Made by a program: the position numbers and the translations under genes. Of a stretch of DNA of 64,000 nucleotides, positions 1 to 12,482 are shown piece after piece (within the stretch, counting starts at the first letter, position 1; every line of letters begins with the position of its first letter). The notes under the pieces were generated by a model. That model saw only the letters and a program-made list of their open reading frames with translations. It made no database searches and was not told the DNA's origin. Source of the DNA: Felis catus (lineage: Eukaryota); the NCBI RefSeq assembly GCF_018350175.1, contig NC_058368.1:3038001-3102000 (forward strand), given 5' to 3'.

Positions 1-949
1 TCCCCGCCACCCCCCCCCCCAGGTGCCACCTGGACTCTTCATGCCCAGGGGACCAGGCCCAGTTTTGCAAGTGGAGTGTGGCCTCTGTCCTGTTCATTTT
101 CTGCCTTGGTTTTACTGCTTCGTATTAAAAAAGACAGTCCAGGAAATATTTAGTGCAGTCATAGAGCTGTGCCCCAGGAACCATAAAACTCCCCCAGCCT
201 TGGCCTCCTGCTCTCTCGCATCGGCCCCCCCTCCCCCCGCCGAAACCAGAGAGATCGTTCCCGGGGTGGCACCTGTGCGGCCGTGCCGTGGATGTGCACG
301 CTAACTGCCAGGGTTCAAGGACCAGCAAAACCAAGGAAAGTTCTCTGCGGGTCACCTTCTGCCCTGAGCTGGGCCAGCTGAGGCCACGCTTGCGCCCCTG
401 AAAGAGAAAGCAGGGAACGTTCTCCCTCATTCTTTGCTTTAGGCAACGCCCACAGTAAAGACAGCACATCGCCCATAATTCGGGACAAGTGTGGCTTTGG
501 GGGGAGCTGGGGGTTTTCTGTTTGTCTTCGCTTTTAATGAGCGTTGGCCCTTAAACGCGTAAGTCTAGTCTGAGTGGTAGCCGAAGTTCTACGCAAGACT
601 TCGTGGAGGAAAACGAGACGAAGCAGTGTAAATGTAATCAGAAGACTGAAGTCCATCTCACTTGTTTTTAGTTGCTGGGTCTCTGAAAATTGCCTTCGGG
701 GAGATTTGGTCAGGGAAAGGCGATGGGTCACGTCTTGTCCGCCAGGGACAATGTCGGAAAGGAAGGCCCACGGGGGCAGGGATGGGCTGGTGACGGTGGA
801 TTTGTTGATCGATGGGTGCCGTGCTGACCACGGGCGTCTCCTCCCTGCTCTCTGTCACTGGTAGTTTGAAACTGGCCACGGTGCGGATCTGGACGTCGCG
901 ATACGAGGCAAACGCTATGCACGGGGGCTTCCCCCCACCCTGCCGGAGG

Positions 950-1060
950 GTCCCTGTTGCCCCACGTTCACCAGCACACCTGTTCACCTACCCCACGTAC
1001 CTGGAACGGTGCTCGCCCGCACCTGGCCGGCAGTAAATGCTTGTCGAGGGAGTCAAGGAA
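950..1060 (+). mobile_element. L2 LINE 3' end relic, GC-shifted
   Basis: gtacctggaacggtgctcgcccgcacctggccggcagtaaatgcttgtcgagggagtcaa resembles the L2 3' terminus (cctagaacagtgcctggcacatagtaggcgctcaataaatatttgttgaatgaatgaa). Confidence 0.5.
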
Positions 1061-2986
1061 GAAAACGTCACTCCAGGAAAACAAATAATATCCTCAAGGT
1101 ATCTAAACCCAGGATGTTACCTTGAAGTTCCTTAACCGTATGACCAGATTTCCCTTATCGTTTCCCAGGCTGTATTTTAGCTGCTTTTTCTCCTCTGCTT
1201 CTTTTGGGCTCCATACAGAGTCTCTTCCGCAAGGTGGGGATTCTTCTCATTCCGCAGAGAGGACGGGGAGATGCAGCGTGCTCCGCGTGAAGTGCCACAC
1301 GCCCCGTGAAGGTCACAGCGCCACGAAGGGGCGGAGCTCACCTTTAGACCCAGGTCTGGTTGACTCCAAAGCTGCTGCTTGGCCACGCGATGCAAATGCC
1401 CCCGTGGGAACGTGTGGTACGGGGCACGGCCAAAAGCGCCCGGCCCGGTCCCGCACGAGCGTCCCGACCGCTCCCCTGCCCTCCCTCAGCTGTGATGTCA
1501 CTTCAAGCGCAGAACCGACCGATCTCCAGCTCTACCCATCTTGCCTATTCCCGGGCGAGAGCTGTGAGAACAGACGCGTCACTGGGCCCCGACAGCAGTC
1601 AACGCGCTTGGGACCCAGGGCAGTAAAACGCAGCCCCCAGACTGCCTTGAACAGTGGGTGACGAGGGCATTGGCTGAGCAGAAGGGGCGCAGCGCTGCAA
1701 AACAGCCACGATATTCGGTCTGAAGCGTGAAGATGGCTGTCTCGGAAGGTGGATATTCACCTGGTGGGGGGCTTCGGCATCCTCCGGAGTCGCCCCTTTG
1801 GTCTCAGGTTTCGGGATGTCTGCTGCGCCCCTGTCACTTGGTGGCGGGGGCCTAGGAGGACGGATGACAGGGGCTGGTCTCAGCTCCCGGGGCATCTCTA
1901 GTGAAAAGGCTGAGATCGCAAGCCGCTTAAGCTCACCTGCCATCAGCCCATAGCTGGTCCTGCAGGGATGAGGGGGCGACCGTGTGCTCATCTCTCTCTC
2001 TCTTCTTCACTCCTTCTCCCCCTGGACCCTTACCTGTCCACTTGCGACACCCGGGAAGGAGGTAACGGAGGGGGCGGGGGGCATGTGACACAGCAGAACA
2101 ATGGCTGGTTCCCCCAGGCCCGCGCTCTGTAGGAAAGAGAGAAATGACTTGGCCGTGGCTGTGTGGACAAAAATGCTCGTGGGGGAAATACAATAATGCG
2201 AAATGTGCCTATTCAGCTGCATTGAATGCATCTGAGCTAAAATTAGGATTGGAGGCAATCAGTCCTAACCATATTGCTGTAGTCTGCTTTGAATAAAACT
2301 CACAGACGTTCAGAAAGAAACCCCGTAGTGCCGCTTTCCTGAAATTTCAGTACCTTCGTCAAAAAGGATGTCTGCTATTTCCTGTCTCTCAAAGGGGGTT
2401 ATTTCTAAAACTTCACTTTGTAGGTTGCGGGCTTTGAGGTTGGTCCTGCAACCTGTAGCCTTCGCTCTGAAGCACGACCCACCCAGGCGGGCTCACCAGG
2501 TAGAGCAGACAGCGTGCTCGCGCCTTGCTGACGAGGCGTCCGGAACCATGTGTGGGCGTCGTTCGTGACCTTCCGGGAGGGCACGGCAGACGTGGCTATG
2601 GCAGTCCCAAAAGCCAAACTCCGGGAAATATTTACAGTGTACGTGAAACAAAGTTAATGCTGTTACCCCATCAAGGGATGCTCTTAAAATCGAGAAAATG
2701 TAAATACAGCTGAGAGCGAAATAAAGGCGTGTCTGGGGCCCACATTGCCGAGCCCCGTGGGTTGGGGAAGAGGCACTGGGGACTGTTTGCGCAGCATCCT
2801 GTGGGGCGCGTTTGGGGTTCTGACATCAGTCTCGTGCAGCAAAGAGGCTCGGGGAGCGGGTGGAGGGAATGGGACGGGTTGTAGCCGTATTTCCAAAGTG
2901 CCCTGCTGGCCAGGGAGCAGGTGGGAGAGGCTGGGATCACAGCCTGTGTCGGCACCATCAGAAGGGCCCAAGGCAAGACTGCGGTA

Positions 2987-3191
2987 GGGGGCGCCTGGGT
3001 GGCCCAGTCGGTTAAGCATCAGCTCCTGATGTCAGCTCACGCGGTTTGTGAGATCGAGCCCCGCATCGGGCTCTGCACTGACTGCATGGGCCACGCCTGG
3101 GATTCTCTGTCTCTCTCTCTCTCTGCCTCTCCCCTGCTCGTGCACACTGTCTCTCTCTCTCTAAATAAAGAAATAAACTTAGAAAAAAAAA
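2987..3191 (+). mobile_element. Can-SINE (SINEC, older felid type)
   Basis: ggggcgcctgggtggcccagtcggttaagc head, (CT)n tract, aataaa and A tail; near-perfect TSD aagactgcggtag (2975-2987) / aagacagcggtag (3192-3204). Confidence 0.95.
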
Positions 3192-3209
3192 AAGACAGCG
3201 GTAGCTGGA

Positions 3210-4600
3210 AAAAGCCTCGAGGTTGTGGCACTGAGAGACAGTTATCGGAATGCACGAATCTTTAGGAAGAAACATCGGCAGACTTGACGGTGGTTTGGAT
3301 ACAGGGGGGAGGGGGGAGGAGGTGCAGGGCCGACCCCTGGGCCTCTATCTGGCTGACTACAGCATCGCGGGCCGCCTGCGTCACCACCACCAGCAACGGG
3401 CGCCGGGAAAGAGTGGGCGGTCGCTGGGGTGGGAGGCGGGAATCACGAGTTCGGTGTGCTCGTTTCCCGCCCACTCAGGAGCCACCCGGTGCTCCCCTGG
3501 TGTGGCCACAGGGAGGGCCGGGCTGCAGGTAGAAGTCGATGCTCATCCGGCCGCAGGTGGACTCCGGGGCACGGGTAGAGAAAGGCGCCTAGGACCTGGG
3601 ACCTGGGACCTAGGACCTCACGCGTGGGGACTTCAGGATTCGACATCCAGGTGGAAGATGATGGACTTGGAAGAAGCACAATTAAGGAAGGGCCAGGGAG
3701 TCAGGAGGAAAGTGAGAGGTGACTGCGTCCCACAGGGGAGAGAGCGCGAGCTTTCTAAGTCAAGGGCGTGGGCCGCTGCTGAACCTGGCTGCGGTGTCAG
3801 CTGGGCTCAGCGACACCAAGCTGACGGGAGACCTCAGCCAGAATTGTCTCATTATAGCGACAAGGGCACGGTGGTGAGCAGAGTGCTGCGAAGTGAGGGG
3901 AAGTTAGGAAATAAAGGCGACAGAGAGAGATCTTTATTTTTTTTTATTTTTTTTTCAACGTTTTTATTTATTTTTGGGACAGAGAGAGACAGAGCATGAA
4001 CGGGGGAGGGGCAGAGAGAGAGGGAGACACAGAATCGGAAACAGGCTCCAGGCTCCGAGCCATCAGCCCAGAGCCGGACGCGGGGCTCGAACTCACGGGC
4101 CGTGAGATGGTGACCTGAGCTGAAGTCGGACGCTTAACCGACTGCACCACCCAGGCGCCCCATCAGAGGGAGATCTTTAAAGAAGTTTGGCTGTGAAGGG
4201 AAGAGAGAGAGAGGAGGGAGGGGGGAGAGGGAGAGAGAGAAGGAGGGGGGGAATGGGGACCAGACTCGGCAGAGTAGATCAATGGAAGGAGGTTCAGACA
4301 GAGGAGGGCCTGGGCATAGACTGCCTGGAAGAGAAATGGCTTTTCTTGAGTGACAGGAGGGAAAGCAGACTGGAGCAGGGTGGAGACGGAGATAGAATTC
4401 TCCGCTTGGCATCTGGAGACAGTGGGGGTTCCCATGCGATGGCTCCAAGTTTCCTCTGTTACGTAGGAGTGGCTCTTGCTAATAAGCAGGGAAGAGCCAG
4501 AGGAGAGGTGGGTGGATGGGAAGACCCTCGTGCAGAGTGGACGGTGGGGCCACTGACCGGACAAACGTCAGAGCAGAAAATCGGCTCAAGATGTCAGACT
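3210..4600 (-). mobile_element. Degraded L2 LINE body, interrupted by a SINE
   Basis: Purine-rich L2-like phrases (agacttgacggtggtttggatacaggggg, aagaagtttggctgtgaagggaag); boundaries approximate. Confidence 0.5.
3937..4161 (-). mobile_element. Can-SINE SINEC_Fc (young)
   Basis: Reverse-complement SINE ending ccacccaggcgcccc; TSD cagagagagatcttta (3921-3936) / cagagggagatcttta (4164-4179). Confidence 0.97.
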
Positions 4601-4676
4601 CTTCTTCTCTCTGCTTCAGAATCTTGTCTGTGTTGAGACAAAGCGAGCGTTCCTTTGCGACCACAGGAGAAGGCCC

Positions 4677-5046
4677 TGTATTCGTTGGCTAGAGCGGCCA
4701 TAACAAGGTTCGGCAGCCTGGGTGGCTTATACAAGAGGCACTCACCTCCCACAGTTCTGGAGGCTGGAGGTCCAAGATCGAGATGCGGGCAGGGTTGGGT
4801 TTCGCGAAGCGTCTCCTGGCCTTGCAGAGGGACGCCATCTTGCCGTGGCCTCGCATGGCCTTTCCACTGGGGTGCCCATCCCTGGGCTCTCTCCCTCTTC
4901 TCAGAAGGACACCTGCCATCTTGGCCCACCTGGAGGACCTCAGTTAACCCTAATGACCTCCCTAAAGGCCAGATCTCCAAATATGGTCACATTAGGGGCT
5001 AGGGCTTTGACGTGTGACTCCAGGGAACACAATTCAGCCCATAACA
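4677..5046 (-). mobile_element. MaLR solo LTR, MLT1B-like
   Basis: tgtattcgttggctagagcggccataacaa ... cacagttctggaggctggaggtccaagatc ... acacaattcagcccataaca, with TG...CA termini. Confidence 0.85.
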
Positions 5047-6714
5047 GGTAGATAAAGATGAATTTTCTTCAGAAAGTGGCAGTGCTTTCCTTGCTATCAT
5101 CAAAATTTTCCGTGTAGGTTCCAGGTGAGTGCTTGTTCTGTTTCGTTTTGTTTTTCATGTTTTATCATAGTTTTGTCCCATAGTTTGGTCCCTTTGCACT
5201 TTAGTTACACCTTTCTTTCTTTCCCAAATATAATAGCAAATGCTTCATAGAAATTTTCCATACTTTGTCCTAGTCCAAAAAGAAGTTTGTGGGAAGAGAA
5301 GGCAAGTGGAATTCATCCCATTCTTTTTCAAGTACGTCCAGAGAAATGACATTGTTTTTTCCTGCTTCCCTAAGAATTCTCTGGAGCAAGTTTGCTGTAA
5401 AATGCTTTTCAGAGGAGCTGAGTTGAAAATTTTTACAACAACCAGTCTTGCCGTAAATAGAGGTTAAAAAAAGAAAAGGAAATATTGATTTTTTTTTTTT
5501 ACTCTAAGTGAAGTAGTTTCAGAACTAGTTTTCTGAGGAAATTTGCAAAATATTGACTTCTTGATGGAAGTAAATGCAGAGAGGTTTTTAAAGGTTAGAT
5601 TTGTTTCCCCCCCAATTCTTCCCTCTTTAAACTTTCTGACGTTATTATGACTTTATGCATATCTGTCATATATAACCCACTTTACTCTTTATATTCATAC
5701 ATAAAACTACTGAGAGCTTATTAGGATACCGGATGTATCACTTCAGATTAGGTTTGGTTGAGTAACAAAAACCTGGAAAAAATAAAGTAGGTAAAACTGG
5801 GTAGGAAAATTGTCATTTCCTCATGTTCATCGGCCCAGAAAAAGGGTGTCTGGGACTATGAGGTGCTGCTCCAGCCAGAGAGAACCCAGGCTTTTTCCAG
5901 GTTTCTGCCCTGATTAAAACAAACAAACAAAAACAAATAAACAAGGAAAAATAACGAAAAACAACCCTCTTGGAGTCTAAGGTGGCTGCAAGGACCCCAG
6001 CCATCGCGTCTAAGTTCCGGACAGAAGTATCAATGAAGAGATGAATCTTCTCCTCCTTCCAGGAGCACTTTTGGAAATCCCACCCGTTTCCAGGGGAATG
6101 TCACCGGCCAGAACGTGCCGCTCACTTGCTGGGAGCCTGGAGAGGGCATTTGCTTCGCCAGGCACAGTGCCCTCCAGGATCCATTCAGAGCTCGGTTGCT
6201 AAGGAGGATGGGGAGGAAGGAGGCTCCGGGCCCTGGCACAGCGCGCACGTGCCCGTGCCTCCTCAGGAGCCACCGGGTGCAGGGCCCGGGCCGCACAAGA
6301 GCGGCCCCCGGAAGCAATCCCTTCGGAAAACACGTGAGCTTTGCTATCTTGCAAAACCATCTCCACAGCCCTTATCGTAGTCCTTAGGGCAATGCTCTGT
6401 GCTGAACACGATACCAGTGACCTGGATACTCCTAATTCTTTTGTAAAGTGTCCAAAACGGTGCAGCCCGGCACAGATGACGCTTCTATTCCAGGATCTGA
6501 CTTGAAACTCCGTGTGCTGTCTGCCTGGCCAGGCAGCTTCGACGTGCCTAACTGTACCCCAGCACCCCGGGGGCCATCCTGGACCGGACCCTTTGCCTCA
6601 GCCTCCCCTGTGCAAGCTTCACCGGCCGCACGATTACCCTCCAGTCTTATTCCTGGGGTCCGTGCGCCCTCTCTTTGTTACCGCAGCCGCCAGGTTGACA
6701 GGCTTCTCCACTAT

Positions 6715-6924
6715 TCTCTTAATGTTTATTTATTTTTGAGAGAGACGGAAACGGAGTGCGAGTAGGGGTGGGGCAGAGAGAGAGGGAGACACAGGATCCG
6801 AAGCAGGCTCCAGGCTCCGGGCTGTCAGCACAGAGCCCAACGCGGGGCTTGAACGCACGAACCCTGAGATCGGGACCTGAGCCCAAGTCGGAAGCTCGAC
6901 CGACGGAGCCCCCCTGGGCGCCCC
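6715..6924 (-). mobile_element. Can-SINE
   Basis: aatgtttatttatttttgagagagac ... ctgggcgcccc; TSD gcttctccact (6702-6712 / 6925-6935). Confidence 0.95.
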
Positions 6925-8279
6925 GCTTCTCCACTGTTGTCAACTCCCTTCCCGATGATCTTGTAGAATGCCAATCCAGGTGCGTCACTCGCGTCCTGAA
7001 AAACCCTCCGAGGCTCCTGTTGCCTCGGGGATCCGGCCAGCTTCGGTGGCAGATGCAGCCCTCCACTGCCGGAGCTCACTGGCCTTCAGTCTTCCCGGCC
7101 GTTTTCTCCCTCTTGGGTTCCCAGCCGGCTGGGGAGACGTCCATGGACCTGACTGTTGCGCTCCCTCTGCCTCTCTGTCCTTGCTGCCTCTTCCTCGACT
7201 GGCCCCCGTTCATCCTTCAGAGCTCCGTCCGGACTTGGCCCCCTCGGGGGAGCCCCTGACCCAGCAGAGCCCGGCTGGGCGCCCTGAGTGCTCAGCCCTG
7301 TCTCGTGTTTGTGGTTGTCGCGTCTGTTGTTTTGTCTCCCCGGCCAAACAGCTGAACCTCGAGGGGGATGCGTCGTTAAACATGTCTTTTTATCCTGCTG
7401 CCTTGCCATCCGGGACCTTGCCGACCCTGCAGGGCCTGTCCTTCCCAGGGTGGGCCAATTCCTCTCGACGGAGAAGACTGGCCCGTGAGCACACCCTTCA
7501 CGCTCCGATTAGCCCATCAAACCCCCGCACCTCCGTTATCGCGACGTCACATTCCAGGCCACTATTTTCCTGCCCTCGTCACCCCGGGTCAGGTAACTCA
7601 GGACAGCTCCTGTGCCCCAGAGTCCACCGGAATGATGCAGTGGTAACCCGCCACCCCTGGCCGGGTTACCTGTTCCTTCCCACAGAGACAGCGATGAAGT
7701 CTCTTGCCCCCGTTTCGCCCACAAGCCCTGCCTCCTGAGCGAAACCTAGTGCCTCCCTGGATGGCCCTGCGTGCCATGGCATGCCCCCTCTGCTGGGACC
7801 TGTGAGGGGGACGTTGTCTTATCAGCGGTAGAGTCGTCTGTAGGTCTGTTGACCACACTGTGCCCGGATAATAATAAGACCTGCGGCGCAAACCGAGAGA
7901 GGGCTTTATCTCAGCCACCATGTAACTGGTGCCTGTGCCGTGCTGGCCACAGACCGGGTGTTCCGCACTGGCTTCTTAAGATGGGCTAAGGAAGGCGGAG
8001 TGACCAGATCGGTCTGGGGGAATCCAGGAAGGACTTCCTAAGCGGTGTCATGTGAGCGGGGCTAGAGGGAGAAGCGGGATTTCCCTAGGGGGAGGGGAAA
8101 GGGGCAGAGCATTCCAGCAGGGTTCAGAGCTGTCCCACCTCCCTCGGCGGCCTATGTGCCCTTGACGCCTCGCCTTCCAGTCACCTCCCCGGGGGGCTCC
8201 CCTGACCTAAAAGCGCCCAGCTACGTGGATTTTCACAACACCGTGTCACTCCCTCCTCAGGACCGAGCACAAGGCGTGC

Positions 8280-8425
8280 CTTCCCATTTCCTTGTGTAAT
8301 TTGATGGCTGGTGTGCATGTCTCCACTAGACCGTGAGCCCCGTGAGGGGAAGGGCTCTGACTCCGCTAACTCTGGTATCTCCATCCTCAACAAACGGATG
8401 CTTTTAGTAAAGCTTCAGTAAATAG
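8280..8425 (+). mobile_element. L2 3' end relic
   Basis: tgtctccactagaccgtgagccccgtgaggggaaggg ... cttcagtaaata matches the L2 3' end pattern. Confidence 0.55.
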
Positions 8426-10727
8426 GGGTCGGCTGGAGGAAAGCATGGGTGAGTCCCGGAAGGAGAGAGCCCTGCACGGCTGAAGCACGGGGAATGAAGC
8501 GGGACACGCGAGGACGTAGCCTGGCCCTGCGGGGGCAGCTGCTCAGGGTTTTCAGTCATATAGCCGTGGTTCAGAACCAACCGTTCTCTAGACAGAAGGT
8601 GAGACCATCAGTCAGGGTGAAAATGAACCAAGGGGCAGAGGAGGGAGCACCCTGGAAACAGGGTAACGTGTCCGGGGTGGGGGTGGGGGTTGAACGGGGG
8701 GGTTGAATATCCAGGAGGGGGTCTGCATAGGAGGGAGTTTGAATAACTCAGACTGCGGGGCAGAAAGCTGAGGTTGAAAGCCTGCAGAATCTTTCCCGGC
8801 CTCAACTCCTCAGCCACGACTGGCCAGGAGCTTCCTCGGGTCCAGGGATGGGCAGCCTCATCTCAGCATTCTGTCACCTGCCCCTTTCCAGCTCGCAGCC
8901 ATTTCTCCCTAGCCCTGTCTCTTTTGTTTTTTGTTTTTTTTTTTTCTTTTTTAGCCAGAGAAGAAAAAGCTACTGCTTTCCAAGAAAAGTGCAGCACATT
9001 CAAGAAAAACACATACAAGCAAAATGTAGAGCCATTTTTTTTATGACGGCTCATTTGCAAAGCTAAATTGTCAGACTCTTTTAATAGAATCCATCATATG
9101 TACGCATAGTGCTAAATAAAGCTCTCATGTTATTAGGTTTTACGCGCGGACACTGTGAGAAGGAGAGGATGTGATCCTGATTCTTCTATTTGTGATTTAA
9201 AAAAAAAATAATGGCAAAGAAAACAAAGGGCAGAGTCTTGAATCCTCAAGTCCCTAATTAAACACATGCACGCACACACACGCACACACACGGTAAACTT
9301 CAATGCACCGTGCCCGGTATGAAGAAAGGCCAGAATGTCACAGGTTCTCTTTGCTAACAATTCCGCGTTATCTCTTAGCCGGGATGGATTTAATAACTGG
9401 GAGACTGAGAGCCATTGAGATTTGATGACCCTGCAGTGGCCTCAAGTTATAGGACAAAAACTAGTGAGGAAATACCTTCTAAGGACTTTGCCTTGCTGAT
9501 TTCCGTAAATGACTCCAGTTTAAATTGCTGGGATTGTGTGGCCTCCTACAATTACTGGTGTTCTAATTTCCTGGGACTAATTTTAGAGGGTGGAAGATTT
9601 TAATCATGGAAAGGAATTGTTTCCATTGTTCAGACTAACTTCAGAAGCCGAGTTGAAAGCAGGCGCCCGAGCAAGCCCCCAGAAAATTCCCCAGGGACTG
9701 GGCGGGCCGGGCCTGTCTCCCGCCTGAAAGAGAAAACCCTCCGCCAGCCAGGGCCTCTGTGATTCTCCCACTGAACCTTTGAATCTCATTGAACTTTCTT
9801 TGTGTCACCAAGAATCGTGGCGTCTAAGGATTTAGCGAAGATCCTCAGAAGGAGTTTATATGTATCGTTCTTCCCCAGAGAAATCTCTAGAGGTCGGAGA
9901 GGCCCCTGGTACCTTTTTGTGACCTTAGGATGCTGACCTCCGATACTGCTGTCAACAGAAAGACCTTGGGCGGGGGGGGCTGGGGGGTCTGGAGGGAGCA
10001 ACAGAGGGTGAAGGGAGAGGGTGGCTCCCCTCTCTCGCTGTCCCCAAGGCTTAGAGCTTTGTTTACTCCTTTCTCTTCACGTCACACTCCTCTGAGCAGG
10101 AGATGACAGGAGGTGCTGGCAGGGCCTTCGACAAGGTGGCCTTCCCATTACGGACTATTAAAGGGCTCTTCCCGGAGACACCTGGAAACCTGCTTCAAAG
10201 TCGGGCCTGCCCACGGCAGAACTGGTCAAGCCAAGTGAACTTCCTGTGCCCTCCGCACGACCTCCTGAGAGGTAGCTTCCTTCTTTCTGTCCTGTTGGTG
10301 TTGACCCCACCCCCTCGCCCCCCACCAGCATTCATCAACCGAAGTTTAAGATCTACGATTCATGGGAAAACAGCTGTCCCCTTGAATACTGTCACCCACT
10401 CGAGACACCGAGGGAGGCGGGGGGCCGGACGGCACGCGTCCTGCGGCTCCTTTGCGTGATTGGATTGCACGGTGGTACCGTGCAGAAAATGACATCTGGA
10501 AGAAGCCTGCCAGTCTCGTTTCCCTCGAGAGATTCCCCGCGCCGCCTCCCTGCCAGCGGATCCCCAGTTTCTCCTTGGAAACTTCCAAGGGACACCTGCG
10601 TCGGCAGAAAACACCCAGCTCAATAAATTCACAACACACGCGAGGTAAAAAGAAGATCGACACACGGAAAAAAAACCCTCAGTGACATTTACACTGAGTG
10701 GACAACTACGGAAGGGCATCAGAAGCG

Positions 10728-10912
10728 TTTCTTCTTTTCTTTTCTTTTCAAGTTTCTTTCTTTTGAGGAAAGGAGGGGGAGGGGCAGAGAGTGAGGGAGA
10801 GAGAGAGGAACCCACTTCCTCAGTTCGGGGCTCGATCCCACCAACCGTGAGATCATGACCTGAGCCGAAATCAAGAGTCGGACGTTCAACCAACTGAGTC
10901 ACCCGGACGCCA
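10728..10912 (-). mobile_element. Can-SINE (older, internally deleted)
   Basis: gggctcgatcccaccaaccgtgagatcatgacctgagccgaaatcaagagtcggacgttcaacc; lacks the central segment present in the adjacent copy. Confidence 0.9.
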
Positions 10913-10916
10913 CTAT

Positions 10917-11140
10917 TCTTTTTTTTTTTTTTTTTTTTTAGTTTCTGTTTGTTTATTTTGAGAGAGAGAGAGAGAGAGGGAGGGGCAAAGTGAGGGAGGG
11001 AGAGAATCCCAAGATCCCAAGCAGGCTCCACACTGTCAGTGCGGAGCCTGCTATGGGGCTCGAACCCACAGAACCGTGAGATCATGACGAGAGCCAAAAA
11101 TCAAGAGTCAGATGTTCAACCCACCGAGCCACCCAGGCGT
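10917..11140 (-). mobile_element. Can-SINE (older)
   Basis: Poly-T tail, (GA)n, aagcaggctccacactgtcagtgcggagcctg ... gagccacccaggcg. Confidence 0.93.
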
Positions 11141-11394
11141 CAGGTGCTTCTCTTGTTTAGTACGTCTGTTAGTGCTCTGCTTTCTTCTGGCTCTCTAAAT
11201 CTTCCGTGAGGAAAGTACATTTTGACCATTTGAAAAGAAGCCATATTAAAATGCATTGGCCCATGGTAGCCTGGAGGGTCCACTCTGCCAGGACGGCTCT
11301 GGTAGCAGAACCTTGGCCTTGGAGCAAATGTTACAGGTTTTCCAGTCCAGGATCCCAACTAATCCGAGCGCATGTTTTCCTGTGAATCACTGGA

Positions 11395-11495
11395 CAGGGT
11401 CATTCAGTCCCTGCTGGAATGCTCCCAGTTAAGGGGAGATCACTACCTTCCCGGGCCGCAGATTCCCATATTGGGCAGCTCGATCGTTAGAAGAA
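11395..11495 (-). mobile_element. L3/CR1 LINE relic
   Basis: ctgctggaatgctcccagttaaggggagatcactaccttccc ... ttgggcagctcgatcgttagaag resembles the reverse complement of the CR1/L3 3' region. Confidence 0.55.
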
Positions 11496-12266
11496 GAAGA
11501 AAGAGTCAAAGTGGGTCAAGGAAAGAAGGGAAGGGAGTGGGGGGAGGATAGAAAACGTTGATCACCAGTTGAATTCAGCTTTCTGTAATATTTAGATCTT
11601 TCACCTGCTTTCCCATCTGAGCAGCACGGAACCAGTTGGCACCTTCGTAGGCTTCTCACCTTCCCGTTTGTTTTTCTCCCCTAAACCTCCTAAGGTCTTC
11701 AAGTATTCATTAAAGGCTTTCAGCCACTCACCGTTCGAATTCCTTTCTTCTAGGGGAATTGTAGTTAACGTTTTCTTTACAAGTGCATTTCCCGAACTGC
11801 GCCTGGTGCCCCGGAGTGGGTGTGGGCGATGCACTGCATGACAGCACGAGTCCTTCCCTCCATCTGGACGCCATACGTGGGGGTCTTCAGCTCAAGATGG
11901 CATTAGCATTTCTAGCGGTTACGTCACACTAGGAACTTATATCGAATTTGTGGTCGTCTCCAACCCCTGCTTGAATATCACACTCATCAGATGCGGGAGT
12001 CAGGATTGCGGGGGGGGGGGGGGAAGAAAAAAGCACGCATTGTGTCTGTGCCGGAGATCCAGACGTGCAGCGTGTCAGGTAAAATCAGGGCAGCTAACAT
12101 CGAAGATTTGGCCCCGGGAGAGGACCAGCAGGGAGGAGGGTCCCCTAAGAGGAGGGAAGTGGACCTCCAGCTGCAGCGTTATGAAACCCCTTTCGGACGC
12201 AGACCCCCCCTTTGGCTGGGTGTGTGCTCTGGGGAAGGAAAGACCTGGATGAAATCTAAGGGCTCC

Positions 12267-12482
12267 GGGGGGCCTGGGTGGCCCAGTCGGTTAAGTGTCC
12301 GACTCTTGGTTTCAGCTCAGGTCGTGATCTCGCGGCTTAGTGGGTTCAAGCCCCGCCTCAGGCTCTGCCCTGACGGCGGGGGGCCTGCTCGGGTTTCTCC
12401 GTCTCCCTTGCTCTCTGCCCCTCCCCCACTTGTGCTGTCTCTGCCTCTCTCAAAACGTAAGTAAACAAACTTAACAAAGAAG
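12267..12482 (+). mobile_element. Can-SINE (older)
   Basis: ggggggcctgggtggcccagtcggttaagtgtccgactcttggtttcagctcaggtc ... ctctctcaaaacgtaagtaaacaaac. Confidence 0.93.

Noticed and set aside
3588..3620. Short (ggacctg/ggaccta) heptamer repeat
   Set aside because: Simple slippage repeat with no spacers; not CRISPR-like
3250..3999. 249-aa ORF
   Set aside because: Lies in a GC-shifted L2 relic and runs into a SINE tail; no recognisable domain; long ORFs are expected by chance at high GC
6968..7738. 256-aa ORF (longest in the track)
   Set aside because: Pro/Ser/Arg-rich GC artefact with several overlapping ORFs on both strands, no homology I recognise and no exon structure
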